The notes below the pieces were generated by a model. The model searched no databases. It was not told where the DNA came from and saw only the letters and a program-made list of their open reading frames with translations. The translations under genes and the position numbers were made by a program. A stretch of DNA of 64,000 bases from Heterodontus francisci (lineage: Eukaryota): contig NW_027141290.1 of NCBI RefSeq assembly GCF_036365525.1, positions 570,062 through 634,061 on the forward strand, written 5' to 3'. This document shows positions 24,577 to 37,129 of this stretch, in pieces; position 1 is the stretch's first letter; each line of letters begins with the position of its first letter.

Positions 24577-27414
24577 ATTGCTATTAGTTATTGCTATTAC
24601 TGAGAGTTATTGCTATTACTGAGACTTGGTTGAGGGAAGGGCATGATTGGCAACTAAATATCCCAGGATATCGATGCTTCAGACGGGATAGAGAGGGAGG
24701 TAAAAGGGGTGGAGGAGTTGCATTACTGGTCAAAGAGAATATCACAGCTGTGCTGAAGGAGGGCACTATGGAGGACTCGAGCAGTGAGGCAATATGGACA
24801 GAACTCAGAAATAGGAAGGGTGCGGTAACAATGTTGGGGCTGTACTACAGGCCTCCCAACAGCGAGCGTGAGATAGAGGGACAAATATGTAAACAGATTA
24901 TGGAAAGATGTAGGAGCAACAGGGTGGTGGTGATAGGAGATTTTAATTTTCCCAACATTGACTGGGATTCGCTTAGTGTTAGAGGTCCAGATGGAGCAGA
25001 ATTTGTAAGGAGCATCCAGGAGGGTTTTCTAGAGCAGTATGTAAATAGTCCAACTCGGGAAGGGGCCATACTGGGCCTGGTGTTGGGGAATGAGCCCGGC
25101 CAGGTTGTTGAAGTTTCAGTAGGGGACTACTTTGGGAATAGTGATCACAATTCCGTAAGCTTTAAAATACTCATGGACAAAGACGAGAGTGATCCTAAAG
25201 GAAGAGTGCTAAATTGGGGGAAGGCCAACTATACCAAAATTCGGCAGGAGCTGGGAAATGTAGATTGGGAGCAGCTGTTTGAAGGTAAATCCACATGTGA
25301 TATGTGGGAGGCTTTTAAAGAGAGGTTGATTAGCGTGCAGGAGAGAAATGTTCCTGTGAAAATGAGGGATAGAAATGGCAATATTAGGGAACCATGGATG
25401 ACAGGTGAAATTGTGAGACTAGCTAAGAGGAAAAAGGAAGCATACATAAGGTCTAGGCGGCTGATGAAAGACGAAGCTTTGAAAGAATATCGGGAATGTA
25501 GGACCAATCTGAAACGAGGAATTAAGAGGGCTAAAAGGGGTCATGAAATATCTTTAGCAAACAGGGTTAAGGAAAATCCCAAAGCCTTTTATTCATATAT
25601 AAGGAGAAAGAGGGTAACTAGAGAAAGGATTGGCCCACTAAAGGACAAAGGAGGAATGTTATGCTTGGACTCAGAGAAAATGGGGGAGATTCTAAACGAG
25701 TACTTTGCATCGGTATTCACCGAGGAGAGGGACATGATGGATGTTGAGGTTAGGAACAGATGTTTGATTACTCTGGGTCAAGTCGGCATAAGGAGGGAGG
25801 AAGTGTTGGGTATTCTAAAGGGCATTAAGGTAGACAAGTCCCCAGGTCCGGATGGGATCTATCCCAGGTTACTGAGGGAAGTGAGAGAGGAAATAGCTGG
25901 GGCCTTAACAGATATCTTTGCAGCATCCTTAAACACGGCTGAGGTCCCGGAGGACTGGAGAATTGCTAATGTTGTCCCCTTGTTTAAGAAGGGTAGCAGG
26001 GATAATCCAGGTAATTATAGACCGGTGAGCCTGACGTCAGTGGTAGGGAAGCTGCTGGAGAAGATACTGAGGGATAGGATCTATTCCCATTTGGAAGAAA
26101 ATGGGCTCATCAGTGATAGGCAGCATGGTTTTGTGCAGGGAAGGTCATGTCTTACCAACTTAATAGAATTCTTTGAGGAAGTGACAAAGTTGATTGATGT
26201 GGGAAGGGCTGTCGATGTCATATACATGGACTTCAGTAAGGCGTTTGATAAGGTTCCCCATGGCAGGCTGATGGAGAAAGTGAAGGCGCTTGGGGTCCAA
26301 GGTGTACTAGCTAGATGGATAAAGAACTGGCTGGGCAACAGGAGACAGAGAGTAGCAGTAGAAGGGAGTTTCTCAAAATGGAGACGTGTGACCAGTGGTG
26401 TTCCACAGGGATCCGTGCTGGGACCACTGTTGTTTGTGATATACATTAATGATTTGGAGGAAAGTATAGGTAGACTGATTAGCAAGTTTGCAGACGACAC
26501 TAAGATTGGTGGAGTAGCAGATAGTGAAGGGGACTGTCAGAGAATACAGCAGAATATAGATAAATTGGAGAGTTGGGCAGAGAAATGGCAGATGGAGTTC
26601 AATCAGGGCAAATGCGAGGTGATGCATTTTGGAAGATCCAATTCAAGAGTGAACTATACAGTAAATGGAAAAGTCCTGGGGAAAATTGATGTCCAGAGAG
26701 ATTTGGGTGTTCAGGTCCACTGTTCCCTGAAGGTGGCAACGCAGGTAAATAGAGTGGTCAAGAAGGCATACGGCATGCTTTCCTTCATCGGACGGGGCAT
26801 TGAGTACAAGAGTTGGCAGGTCATGTTACAGTTGTATAGGACTTTGGTTCGGCCACATTTGGAATACTGCGTCCAGTTCTGGTCGCCACATTATCAAAAG
26901 GATGTGGATGCTTTGGAGAGGGTGCAGAGGAGGTTCACCATGATGTTGCCTGGTATGGAGGGCGCTAGCTATGAAGAGAGGTTGAGTAGATTAGGATTAT
27001 TTTCATTAGAAAGACGGAGGTTGAGGGGAGACCTGATTGAGGTGTACAAAATCATGAGAGGTATAGACAGGGTGGATAGCAAGAGGCTTTTTCCCAGAGT
27101 GGGGGTTTCAATTACTAGAGGACACGAGTTCAAAGTGAAAGGGGAAAAGTTTAGGGGGGATATGCGTGGAAAGTTCTTTACGCAGAGGGTGGTGGGCACC
27201 TGGAACGCATTGCCAGCGGAGGTGGTAGATGCGGGCACGATGGAGTCTTTTAAGATGTATCTAGACAGATACATGAATGGGCAGGAAGAAAAGAGATACA
27301 GAACGTTAGAAAATAGGCGACATTTTTAGAGAGAGGATCTGGATCGGCGCAGGCTTGGAGGGCCAAAGGGCCTGTTCCTGTGCTGTAATTATCTTTGTTC
27401 TTTGTTCTTTGTTC
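24577..27414 (+). mobile_element. Young CR1/HER1-like LINE, truncated just inside ORF2
   Basis: TSD TTAATT (24571-24576 / 27415-27420), (TTTGTTC)3 tail, absent from the mirror site at ~14500. Confidence 0.97.
24591..27329 (+). CDS. CR1 ORF2 (APE endonuclease + reverse transcriptase), N-terminally truncated, no native start
   Basis: Uninterrupted ~905 codons with IAITETW, GDFN, SDH, DFSKAFD, PQGSVLGP, FADD. The LDL motif is changed to LGL. Confidence 0.85.
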   Translation: MLLLRVIAITETWLREGHDWQLNIPGYRCFRRDREGGKRGGGVALLVKENITAVLKEGTMEDSSSEAIWTELRNRKGAVTMLGLYYRPPNSEREIEGQICKQIMERCRSNRVVVIGDFNFPNIDWDSLSVRGPDGAEFVRSIQEGFLEQYVNSPTREGAILGLVLGNEPGQVVEVSVGDYFGNSDHNSVSFKILMDKDESDPKGRVLNWGKANYTKIRQELGNVDWEQLFEGKSTCDMWEAFKERLISVQERNVPVKMRDRNGNIREPWMTGEIVRLAKRKKEAYIRSRRLMKDEALKEYRECRTNLKRGIKRAKRGHEISLANRVKENPKAFYSYIRRKRVTRERIGPLKDKGGMLCLDSEKMGEILNEYFASVFTEERDMMDVEVRNRCLITLGQVGIRREEVLGILKGIKVDKSPGPDGIYPRLLREVREEIAGALTDIFAASLNTAEVPEDWRIANVVPLFKKGSRDNPGNYRPVSLTSVVGKLLEKILRDRIYSHLEENGLISDRQHGFVQGRSCLTNLIEFFEEVTKLIDVGRAVDVIYMDFSKAFDKVPHGRLMEKVKALGVQGVLARWIKNWLGNRRQRVAVEGSFSKWRRVTSGVPQGSVLGPLLFVIYINDLEESIGRLISKFADDTKIGGVADSEGDCQRIQQNIDKLESWAEKWQMEFNQGKCEVMHFGRSNSRVNYTVNGKVLGKIDVQRDLGVQVHCSLKVATQVNRVVKKAYGMLSFIGRGIEYKSWQVMLQLYRTLVRPHLEYCVQFWSPHYQKDVDALERVQRRFTMMLPGMEGASYEERLSRLGLFSLERRRLRGDLIEVYKIMRGIDRVDSKRLFPRVGVSITRGHEFKVKGEKFRGDMRGKFFTQRVVGTWNALPAEVVDAGTMESFKMYLDRYMNGQEEKRYRTLENRRHF

Positions 27415-28046
27415 TTAATTCCTTAAATAATACTATGATTGAACAGCAGGTTATGATCGACTCAGCCAAAGTTTGTAAAAATTCCTGTCAATAAATCTTC
27501 CAAAAGGGAGTGTGAGGATCTCCTGGTTCCGAGTGTCTAAGGGATACAGGACGAGGAATCAGCAACTAACCCCAGAGATTCACAGTAAAGACTGTGTAAA
27601 TGAGGACATTTAACAACCGGGAGCTGAAACTCTGGGACGGGCTCTATTGTCACTGTGTTTGTGTGTCCGGTATAATCGCGGCAGGTCCGTGTCTCTTGTT
27701 TAGAATGAAACGATGAAGATCGCCATTCCGTATTACACACATTGACCGCGGGTTTCACTCCGGTTAGACAAACCTTTGCTGACTGAAATTAATTATTCAA
27801 GGTCCTACCAAACACACCGGCTCCCTCCTTCCTCCCATGTTTCTGTCGGATTGTTTTGAGAGGAGAGTTTGTATAATAACAAACACCCTCCAGGGAGAGG
27901 CGGCAATTTGAACATCTAAATGGGATCAGCTCCCGGCTTTCTAGGTTATAGATTCCCTGCACCCCTCCCCACCCTCCCTCCACCCTAACCCCATGTTCAG
28001 TTTCATTGTTCAGACATTGATGAGGGTGAAATGGGCAAAGTTCCCT

Positions 28047-28171
28047 TAAATAAAAGCAAAATACTGCGGATGCTGGAAATCTGAAATAAAAACAAGAAAT
28101 GCTGGAACCACTCAGCAGGTCTGGCAGCATCTGTGGAAAGAGAAGCAGAGTTAACGTTTCAGATCAGTGAC
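28047..28171 (-). mobile_element. Penelope-type short repeat (mirror of 13744-13869)
   Basis: Flanked by a CAAAGTTCCC direct repeat (10-bp TSD). Confidence 0.7.
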
Positions 28172-29023
28172 CAAAGTTCCCATTGAGTTTTGAAGCTGAA
28201 TTGTTGCAGAGATCTGCGCACGCGCGATATAACCCAGCCCACTATGACGTCATCATGAGGCGAAGACGGCATGCGCACCCCTCCCCCAGCTGTGCCTGTG
28301 AGCGCCATTCACCGAGTGAGTGGAAGATTGTTTAGTCATGTCAAGCAGGAGAAGATCTTAAGAACATAACAAAGATGACCAAGAGTAGATTATTTGACCT
28401 CTCCACCCTACTCTGCCATTTAATATGATCATGGCTGATGTCATTGTGCTCAACTTGACTTTCCTGGCTGTCCCAAGAACGATTTACTGCTTTGCGGATC
28501 AAAAATCTATCTATCACAGCCATGGACTAACAGTTATATAATGCACCCCACACTCAATTACATGACGTGAAACAGATGGACACAGGACAAATCTGATTCA
28601 CATCGATTAGGAGTGCCTAAAAAACACTGAGTCCACAATGCCATTCAATAATATTTCCTTACAGGTACAGAATGAATGCCACACTCACAAACTCTACCAG
28701 TCACAGAAAAACACAGAATAAGCAACACATTCACAAACAATACCAGAGACACAGAGATACTGAATGAATCACATTCTCACTGTCAGTTGCGGAGATGGAT
28801 GAAAAATGAACTAATCCACACTCACATTCTGTTTGAGAGACTGATGGATGCAGAAATATATTCACACTCACAGGCAGTACCAGAAACTGACATACAGCAC
28901 ATGAATCCTACCTCATACAGAGTACCAGAGGCTGACATGATGAACTGGAACCAGACATAGTCGCATAACAGAAAATAAATGTTACAGAATAATGTACTCA
29001 TTTACATACGTTAAACTCACATA

Positions 29024-29079
29024 GTGATGTTGGTATAATGCTGAGAATATCTGCTTTCCAAGCAGTTGACCTGAGTTCT
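29024..29079 (+). pseudogene. tRNA-Gly(TCC) pseudogene, truncated (unit B)
   Basis: Mirror of 7681-7736. Confidence 0.7.
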
Positions 29080-30290
29080 CTACTGCAGGTTAGACCTCAA
29101 TTCTGGTATAATGCAGCTTCATTTTATAACTTAAAAATGATCAACGTGATTTCCAAATTAAAACTTACAAAAGAATCTCATCATCCATGTGCATCTCCCA
29201 CAATGCTGAACTTCAATTTTCTTTCAACGAAATTTATGTTGAAGAAGACATGTCCTCTAAACTAATAAATGAGTTCACAGTCAGAAACAAGAGTGTGCAG
29301 ATCTTTGTTAAATAATAATAAAAAGGGAGATAGGTAAAGTTCAATTCACACACGGTGCTCTGGGTAAAGATTGAACCTACATTCAGATAACAGAGAATGA
29401 ATTAATGTAAGGTAAACTCACACTCACAGACCAGGAACTGACGGGGACAGAGTACAAACTACACACAGACAAAATATTTTAAAAAAACAGTTTTAAAACC
29501 GAACAAGTCAATGCAATTTATAAAATGATTCTCATCATCCATGTACGTCTCCCGTAAATTTATCATTTCTTGAATAAATATAGATTTAAAATAGCCTTTA
29601 AACTGATCAGTTTTCAGTCAGAAACTAATAGTAAACAAAGAGTTATTCACAGCACCGAAGGAGGCTATTTGGCCCATCGAGTCCATGACAGCTCTCCACA
29701 GTGCAATCCAATCACACTCACTCCACCGCTCGATCCCTGTAGCTCTGCAAGTTTAATTCCTTCAAATGCTGTGTCAATAATCTCTTGAATAATTGATTGT
29801 CTCTACTTCCAGCTCCCTTGTGGGAAGTGACTTCCAGATCATCACCACTCACTCCGTGTTCACCCGACATCTCCTGCCCAAAATACTCAATTTCAGTCAC
29901 TATGTCCTTGTACAATGAGCTAATGGGAAGTGTTTTTCCTTGTCTCACTTGTCATGATGTTTCACACTTGATGTAAATGTCCCTTCAGTCAGCTCGTCCA
30001 CTGATCTTGCCTGTCACCTTTCCACCAATATGCCTGACTTTCTGACTCCCTCTACTACTGTCTCTTCAACTGTTTCAATGTTGTTGATTCAATGGAGAAC
30101 AAACCCATCTCTATCGACTTCACACATTCTGATAAATCTACTCTGTACCCTCAAATAACCAGAACTGGATGCAATACTCCACTACAACACTGTCACTGTG
30201 TTTATTTTACACATCCGTATTTCTTGCTTTGAAAGAAGCAGCGAACTCGAATGGAACACGAAGCCGGTGCTCTTATTTTAAACATTCAGA

Positions 30291-30374
30291 AACAAGGAGT
30301 ATGGAATTCAAACCCACGCATGCAGAGCACAACAGATTTGCAGTTCATCGTTTTTATCACTCGGCCACCTTGTC
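30291..30374 (-). pseudogene. tRNA-Ser pseudogene, anticodon drifted to GCA (unit B)
   Basis: Mirror of 6390-6473; anticodon loop CTGCAAA. Confidence 0.78.
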
Positions 30375-30639
30375 TTCTGTAAGTAAGCTGAAGTGCGGAG
30401 GAATGATCCGTGCAGAATGAAAAAGGTGACGGGCTGGTGCCAGCAAAACTGAAACAGTTGAAGAGAGAGTAGCAGAGGGAGTGAGAAAGTCAGGGATATC
30501 GGTGGATAGGTGACAGGCAAGAGCAATGGACTGAGCTGACTGCTGTGAAATGTTGTGGCTTCGCAGAACACTAAATTTGATTGGTTATCTAAAGTAAGCA
30601 ATCAGATAAATACAGAACCTCAAGAATTGACTTCATTGT

Positions 30640-30760
30640 AAACCAGCCAATCACGAACATGGTTTTCACCCATCCTTCATTAACATAGATCTCTGGGGAT
30701 GTGTATAAACTGCGAGTTCCGAATTTAAGAGCCACCCACAACGTCTCTCAAAAAGCTACA
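30640..30760 (+). pseudogene. H2B ghost gene: promoter fused to half stem-loop (unit B)
   Basis: CCAAT 30647-30651, octamer-like CCTTCATTAACATAG, TATAAA 30704-30709, then after ~15 nt TTAAGAGCCACCCA and AAAAAGCT. Confidence 0.75.
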
Positions 30761-31707
30761 ACATTATCTCTATAATATCAATTTGTTTTGATATTTTTAG
30801 CAAGTGACTTGTATTTTCTAAATGCCTTTGTGATCTCTGTTTTAATCCCACAGATTCTGGTTAATACAGTTTCACTGCCCGTGCGATCTTCCTGTCTCTA
30901 CTTAATAATGTCCCGATCATTAATTACTGACCATTTGTGAGCTTTGTTAATGGACGCGTTCATATTCGGCCCCTTTGCTATATTTCGATAATAAAATCTG
31001 ATTGAACGCACAGGCATCATTTCTCAGTCACTCATATCCCGAGATCAAGATTGTCCTCAATAAGTAATCAGCACATTATCTAGAAACCCCGGTGGTGTGG
31101 GAACCCTCAGTCTCACTCTTTGACACCTGACACTAAGATTATAAACTCCGCTGTTGTCTCTCACCAATAGGGATCAGTCTATAATCAGCGATGCAGTATC
31201 ATTAGGAACATTGAGCTGAAATGGTTACAGAATGCTGTGAAAGAGGCTTTCTGTCCGCTGGTTATACAATGTTTCAAAAAGGATAGAGAGTGAACTCGAA
31301 TCGATGGCGGAATGTGAAAGCCAATCTGGAAATTGTTACCACATGTAGAATAATACAATATAAAAAAGATTTTAAAATATTTGCGGTAAAACCAAGTTAC
31401 CTAAAAATGTGATGATCTATATTGAAGCCGCTCTGTGTTTTACAAATATATTGGCGGGATTTTCACATTTGAAAACTCGTTTGCAGTCTTACAATTTCGC
31501 GCCGTTATTTTCCGCCCTCATCTCCTTGGCGTTTCTGGATTGGTGAATTCAGCCGCTCTCTGATTGGTCACATGAAGAGTACAATGACACCCAATGCAGA
31601 GTGACAAATTACCAGTGCCCCCGCCACCATTCCTCTCGAAGGTATAAATGAGACTATTGTGGGCGGTTCTCAACATTCTTCCTGAAAGTATTTGTCAGAT
31701 TGTGGAA

Positions 31708-31886
31708 ATGTCTGGAAGAGGGAAGACCGGTGGTAAAGCTCGGTCCAAGGCCAAGTCTCGCTCGTCCCGGGCTGGACTGCAGTTCCCTGTGGGCCGTGTT
31801 CCCCAAGAAAACCACCGCTCGGAGCACCAAGAGCAAGTGAAGCGGCCTGACTTAAATCTGCGAACCCAAAGGCTCTTTTCAGAGCC
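31708..31886 (+). pseudogene. H2A: Histone H2A pseudogene with large internal deletion (unit B)
   Basis: First ~31 codons (to PVGRV) joined out of frame to the PKKT tail. Stem-loop 31871-31886 intact. Confidence 0.93.
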
Positions 31887-32526
31887 ACCCACTTTGTCTG
31901 TTAAAAGGCTGCTTGCTGTCTGAGAAGGCAATTTTTTAATGCTAGCGCTGCTTTGTATTGGCCTACAACGAGGGCACTTGCCCCATCGTGTATGTCCCGG
32001 CCGAAAAACGGCCCACCTATTCTCATCCCACCTTCCAGCATTCAGACCGTCGCCCTGCAGATTACAGCACTTAAGATGCATATCCAGATTCCTTTTGAAT
32101 GAGTTGGGGGTCTCTGCCTCAACTACCCTTCCAGGCAGTGAGTTCCAGACCACCATCACCCTCTGGGTGAAAATAAAATTCTCGTTTTCCCTCTAATTTT
32201 TCTACCTATCACTTTAAACATATGCCGCACAGTCACTGAACTCTCTGCTAAGACTTTTCACCTCCACTCTCTCCAGGCTCGCCAAAATTTTGCACATTTC
32301 AATCAGATCTCCCCTCAGCCTTCTCAGTACTGGATTCGGGCATTTAGCTGCTCGCCTCTGGCGATATTTGTCAGGGATTTTAGCAAATCTACCGTTTATG
32401 CAAACGAAAGCTTTTACACAATGATCGGCTCTCTAATAAAATGATCTGCTCTAAACCACATTTCTCTGACAACAGGAGATCGCAGATCGTTGTTTTGCCG
32501 ATTTGGTGGCTGTTAAAAGAGATGTT

Positions 32527-32882
32527 TAGTTTAGTTTAGTTTAGAGATACAGCACTGAAACAGGCCCTTCGGCCCACCGAGTCTGTGCCGACCATCAACC
32601 ACCCATTTATACTAATCCTGCACTAATTACATATTCCAACTACATCCCCACCTGTCCCTATATTTCCCTACCACCTACCTATACTAGGGGCAATTGCTAA
32701 TGGCCAATTTACCTATCAACCTGCAAGTCTTTGGCATGTGGGAGGAAACCGGAGCACCCGGAGGAAACCCACGCAGACACAGGGAGAACTTGCAAACTCC
32801 ACACAGGCAGCACCCAGAATTGAACCCGGGTCGCTGGAGCTGTGAGGCTGCAGTGCTAACCACTGCACCACTGTGCCGCCCC
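32527..32882 (-). mobile_element. Full-length HE1-like tRNA-derived SINE
   Basis: Head GGGCGGCACAGTGGTGCAGTGGTTAGCAC (A box) and GGTTCAATTC (B box), CR1-like 3' end GGGCCGAAGGGCCTGT, (TAAAC)n tail, ATGTT TSD. Inserted immediately 5' of the H3 stem-loop. Confidence 0.9.
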
Positions 32883-32927
32883 ATGTTGTGTTATTTGATG
32901 CCAATCTCAGATCAGGGCAGGGTGAGT

Positions 32928-33710
<783 letters not shown>

Positions 33711-34492
33711 TCACTCAACTCGTTGCTGAATGAGAAACGAGCTGTTTCTGCTGCCTTTTTTATGCAGCTCGCCCGGACCTGACTGAAAAACGGGCAGAGA
33801 GTGAGAGGCAGGGCAGGGAGGAAATTGAGTGACAGACAGAGCTGTGAAATGTCTTTCATCCTCCAGCTCCGCCTCCCACTTGCTTCAACCGCCAATTCAA
33901 AAACAAAACTCTCAACAATAGAGCTCAGCACAAAACTTCCAGACTCGGCCTTTATAGTCAAAGATAACAGAAACCCGGAGCTGTCAAATAAGGATCTATA
34001 ACAATTAAAAGTTGATCATCTACCCGCCTAAGCACAGTGCTTCCGATCACAAGTCAACCCGTTTCCACACACCTCCCCTCCCAGACGGATTGAGTATTTT
34101 GCTAACACCTTACCCCAGCTGAATTAGAGAAACTCATGTATTGGGGTTTGAGTTGTGACGCGGGAATTCTCGCCAGTATTCCTGTGTTAGACCCTCTCAC
34201 TCTGAATTAGTGAAAGGAGCATGAACTGTGACTGTACCGAACATATCCCCAGTTGCAGTGAGGACGGGACATCCCTCTGTTTAGTTGCAGAGAGTGGGGG
34301 AAGGGCTGAGTGCAATGTATGTCAGCGAGTCACCAGGGATCCTGTATTTACTTCCCATCATTTCTATGTGAAATGTGCACACGGCGGCGTGACAGGGATC
34401 ATTTGATAGGGGGATCAGCTCTTTCCTGAGAAATGTGGGTGGCTCTGAAAAGAGCATTTGGGTTCAGATGTCTGCAAGTTTCCCGTGCAGTT

Positions 34493-35175
34493 TCACTTCT
34501 TCCCAGGGGCTGCTTTCTGAGCCTTTGCTGCTTTCGGCTTGGTCTTGCCCCTTGATGATTGAACTTTCTTGAGCACCTTTCCGCACTCTTGGGTTTTTTG
34601 GCCTTCTTCACAGGAGACTTTTTTGGAAGCGCTGCTTACTTCGCTGGGGATTTCTTTGGCGTTGCCGCCTTCTTGCTGGTCACTTTCTTGCCTGCTGCTT
34701 TCTTCGCTGCCGATTTCTTGGCTGCTAGTTCCTTGACTGGTAATTTCTTGGCTGCTGATTTCTTTGCTGTCACTCTCTTGCCAGCTGTTTTCTTCACGAA
34801 AGTTTTTTTGCCTGCTCCTGACTTGACTTTCTTTCCCACATTTCCCTTGGTTCCCTGCTTCGGGATTCTGAAGGAGCCGGAGGCGCCCGTTCCATTGCAC
34901 TGCACCAGGGAGCCTTTATTCACATTCCTCCTGATACTTTGCTTGATTTGGGTCCTGTACTTCCCCACATCCACACCGCTCCGACCCAGACCCTTCTTTA
35001 TGGCGGGCAGTGAGGTCCCCTTGCGATCGGAGCAATCCGCCACAATCTTGAGGATCTTCTCGCTCAACGTGGGACCGGCTGACTTGTTCCAGGGAGCCGC
35101 TTTCTTCTTCTTAGGAGTCTTGACTTCAGCGGCGGCGGCTGGAGGAGCCGTTTCGGCGCCTGCTGTATCGGTCAT
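34493..35175 (-). pseudogene. H1: Histone H1 with premature stop and downstream frameshift (unit B)
   Basis: ATG 35175, winged-helix domain ending GTGASGSFRI, TAA at 34636-34638, 7-nt deletion near 34583, stem-loop 34441-34456 with one mismatch. Confidence 0.88.
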
Positions 35176-35759
35176 GTCCGGGACTCTGCACAGATTATCT
35201 CTGTCAGTCAGAACTGGGTCAGAAATGAAGCCGGTGGGGGCAGCACAGAGCAACTTAAAGGCAGTGAGCGGACGGGGGCGGAGACAACCTGCTGTTTCTC
35301 TCTGGTCCTAAACTCTCCAATTCCACTGAAATTCGGGTACTGCAAAATCCCAGACTAGATAATTCCTGTCTCTAACATCAGAATGCTTGCTGTCGAAAAG
35401 TTTGTACTTGAAGTAAAGACTCCATTTTTGACTGAAACCCGTTTTATTGCTGCACTGATGGCGCTCTCTCCCCCGATCGCTGACATGTTCTCCACTTTTG
35501 GACTGAAATCTTGAAATCAACAAAGAAACTACACTGAATTCCCACTTTGGGGATGAGAAGGGGAGCAATGTGCTTCTTTGACTGGAAAATCTTTTTATTT
35601 TACACAGGAGGGACTCGGACTCGGACCCACAAACACAGTGACATTAGACTAACCCGTCAGCACCTTTAATACACTCTCTCCTACACAATATTCACATCTA
35701 CACATTTTCATGTCGAACTGTTCGCTAAATGTAGAGTTCCCAGGACAGGTTTTGATCTC

Positions 35760-36785
35760 TCTGCTGAGGTCAATAGACCCTTCAGCTCTACTCTATCCAG
35801 GCCGTTCAACATTTTATACATTTCAATCAGATCTCCCGTCAGCCTTCTCTGTTCCAAGGAGAACAACCACAGTCTTTCCAATCTTTCCTCCTAGCTGCAT
35901 TATTCAGTCCCAGCAACATCCTCGTAAATCTCCTCTGTACCCTCTCTGGTGCAGTTACATCCTTTCTGTAATGAGGTGACCAGAACTGCACACAGGACTC
36001 AAGTTGTGGCCTAACCAATGATGATAAAGTTCCAGCATAACCTTCCTCCTCATATATTCTATACCTCGGCTAATAAAGGCATGGATTCCATATGTCTTCT
36101 TAACCATATTACCGCACTGCCCTGTCACCTTCAGGGATATGTGGACATTTACTCCAAGGTCCCTCACCTCCTCTGCACCTCTCAGTATTTTCTCATTAAT
36201 CGTGTATTCCTTTGCATTGTTTGACCTCCCCAAGTGCATCACGTCACACTTCTTCGGGTTGAATTCTATGCACCACTTTTCTGCCCTTCTGACCTGACCA
36301 TAAACATCTTCCTCTAGTCCACAGCAATCCTCCTCTCTATCTACCACACGGCCAATATTGGTGTCGTCTGTAAACTTCTTGATCGTGTCCCTCAACATTT
36401 ATGTCCAACTTGTTCATATAGATCATCAACAAAACAGGGGACCCATTACTGAGCCCTGGGGAAAACCACTGGAAGCAGCCCTCCAGTCTCAAAAGCCGCC
36501 GTCAACAATTACTCTGCGTTTCCTTCCACTGAGGCAATTTTGCATCCAACTTGCTGCATTTCCCTGGATCCCATTAAATTTTATTTTATAAACAGTCTGC
36601 ATTTTGGGGGCCTGTCAAAAGCTAAAATTCATGTCGAATCCATCAACTGCACTACCCTGATCTGTCATCCTTTTAAAAATTCAATTCAGTTGGCACGTGC
36701 CTTTCTAAGTGACAGTTTATCTTGTCTCAGAATATATTTCAATAATTTACCCACTGCTGAGGTTAGACTGACTGGCCTGTAATTA
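35760..36785 (-). mobile_element. Degraded CR1 LINE fragment
   Basis: KFTDDT, EFNPKKC, GFPQGSVMGP remnants. Mirror copy at ~55120-56140. Confidence 0.85.
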
Positions 36786-37129
36786 TTGAGTTTTAGGCTG
36801 AACTGTAAGATTCGTTTTATCTCGAAAGATCCGCTTGGGGAAACAGACGTTACAATCTGATTAAATTGATCTGTGACTGTAACTATCAGATATTAACTCC
36901 TGCCCCATTCCGGCAAACACATCGACTCTCTCGGAGGATCACTTTGAGAATTCGAGCTAATGTACAGCAAACATAGTGCAGAGAATGATCTCAAGTTGAG
37001 CTTGGTAAAGGGTTCATCTCCCAGCTGGAAACCTTCTCTAATCTTGCCCACAGTCCCGGTTCCATTGCTCAAAATCAGATAAAACTGAACTGGAGAAAGT
37101 TCCGATTGATTATTGTTGTTCAAACTGTT

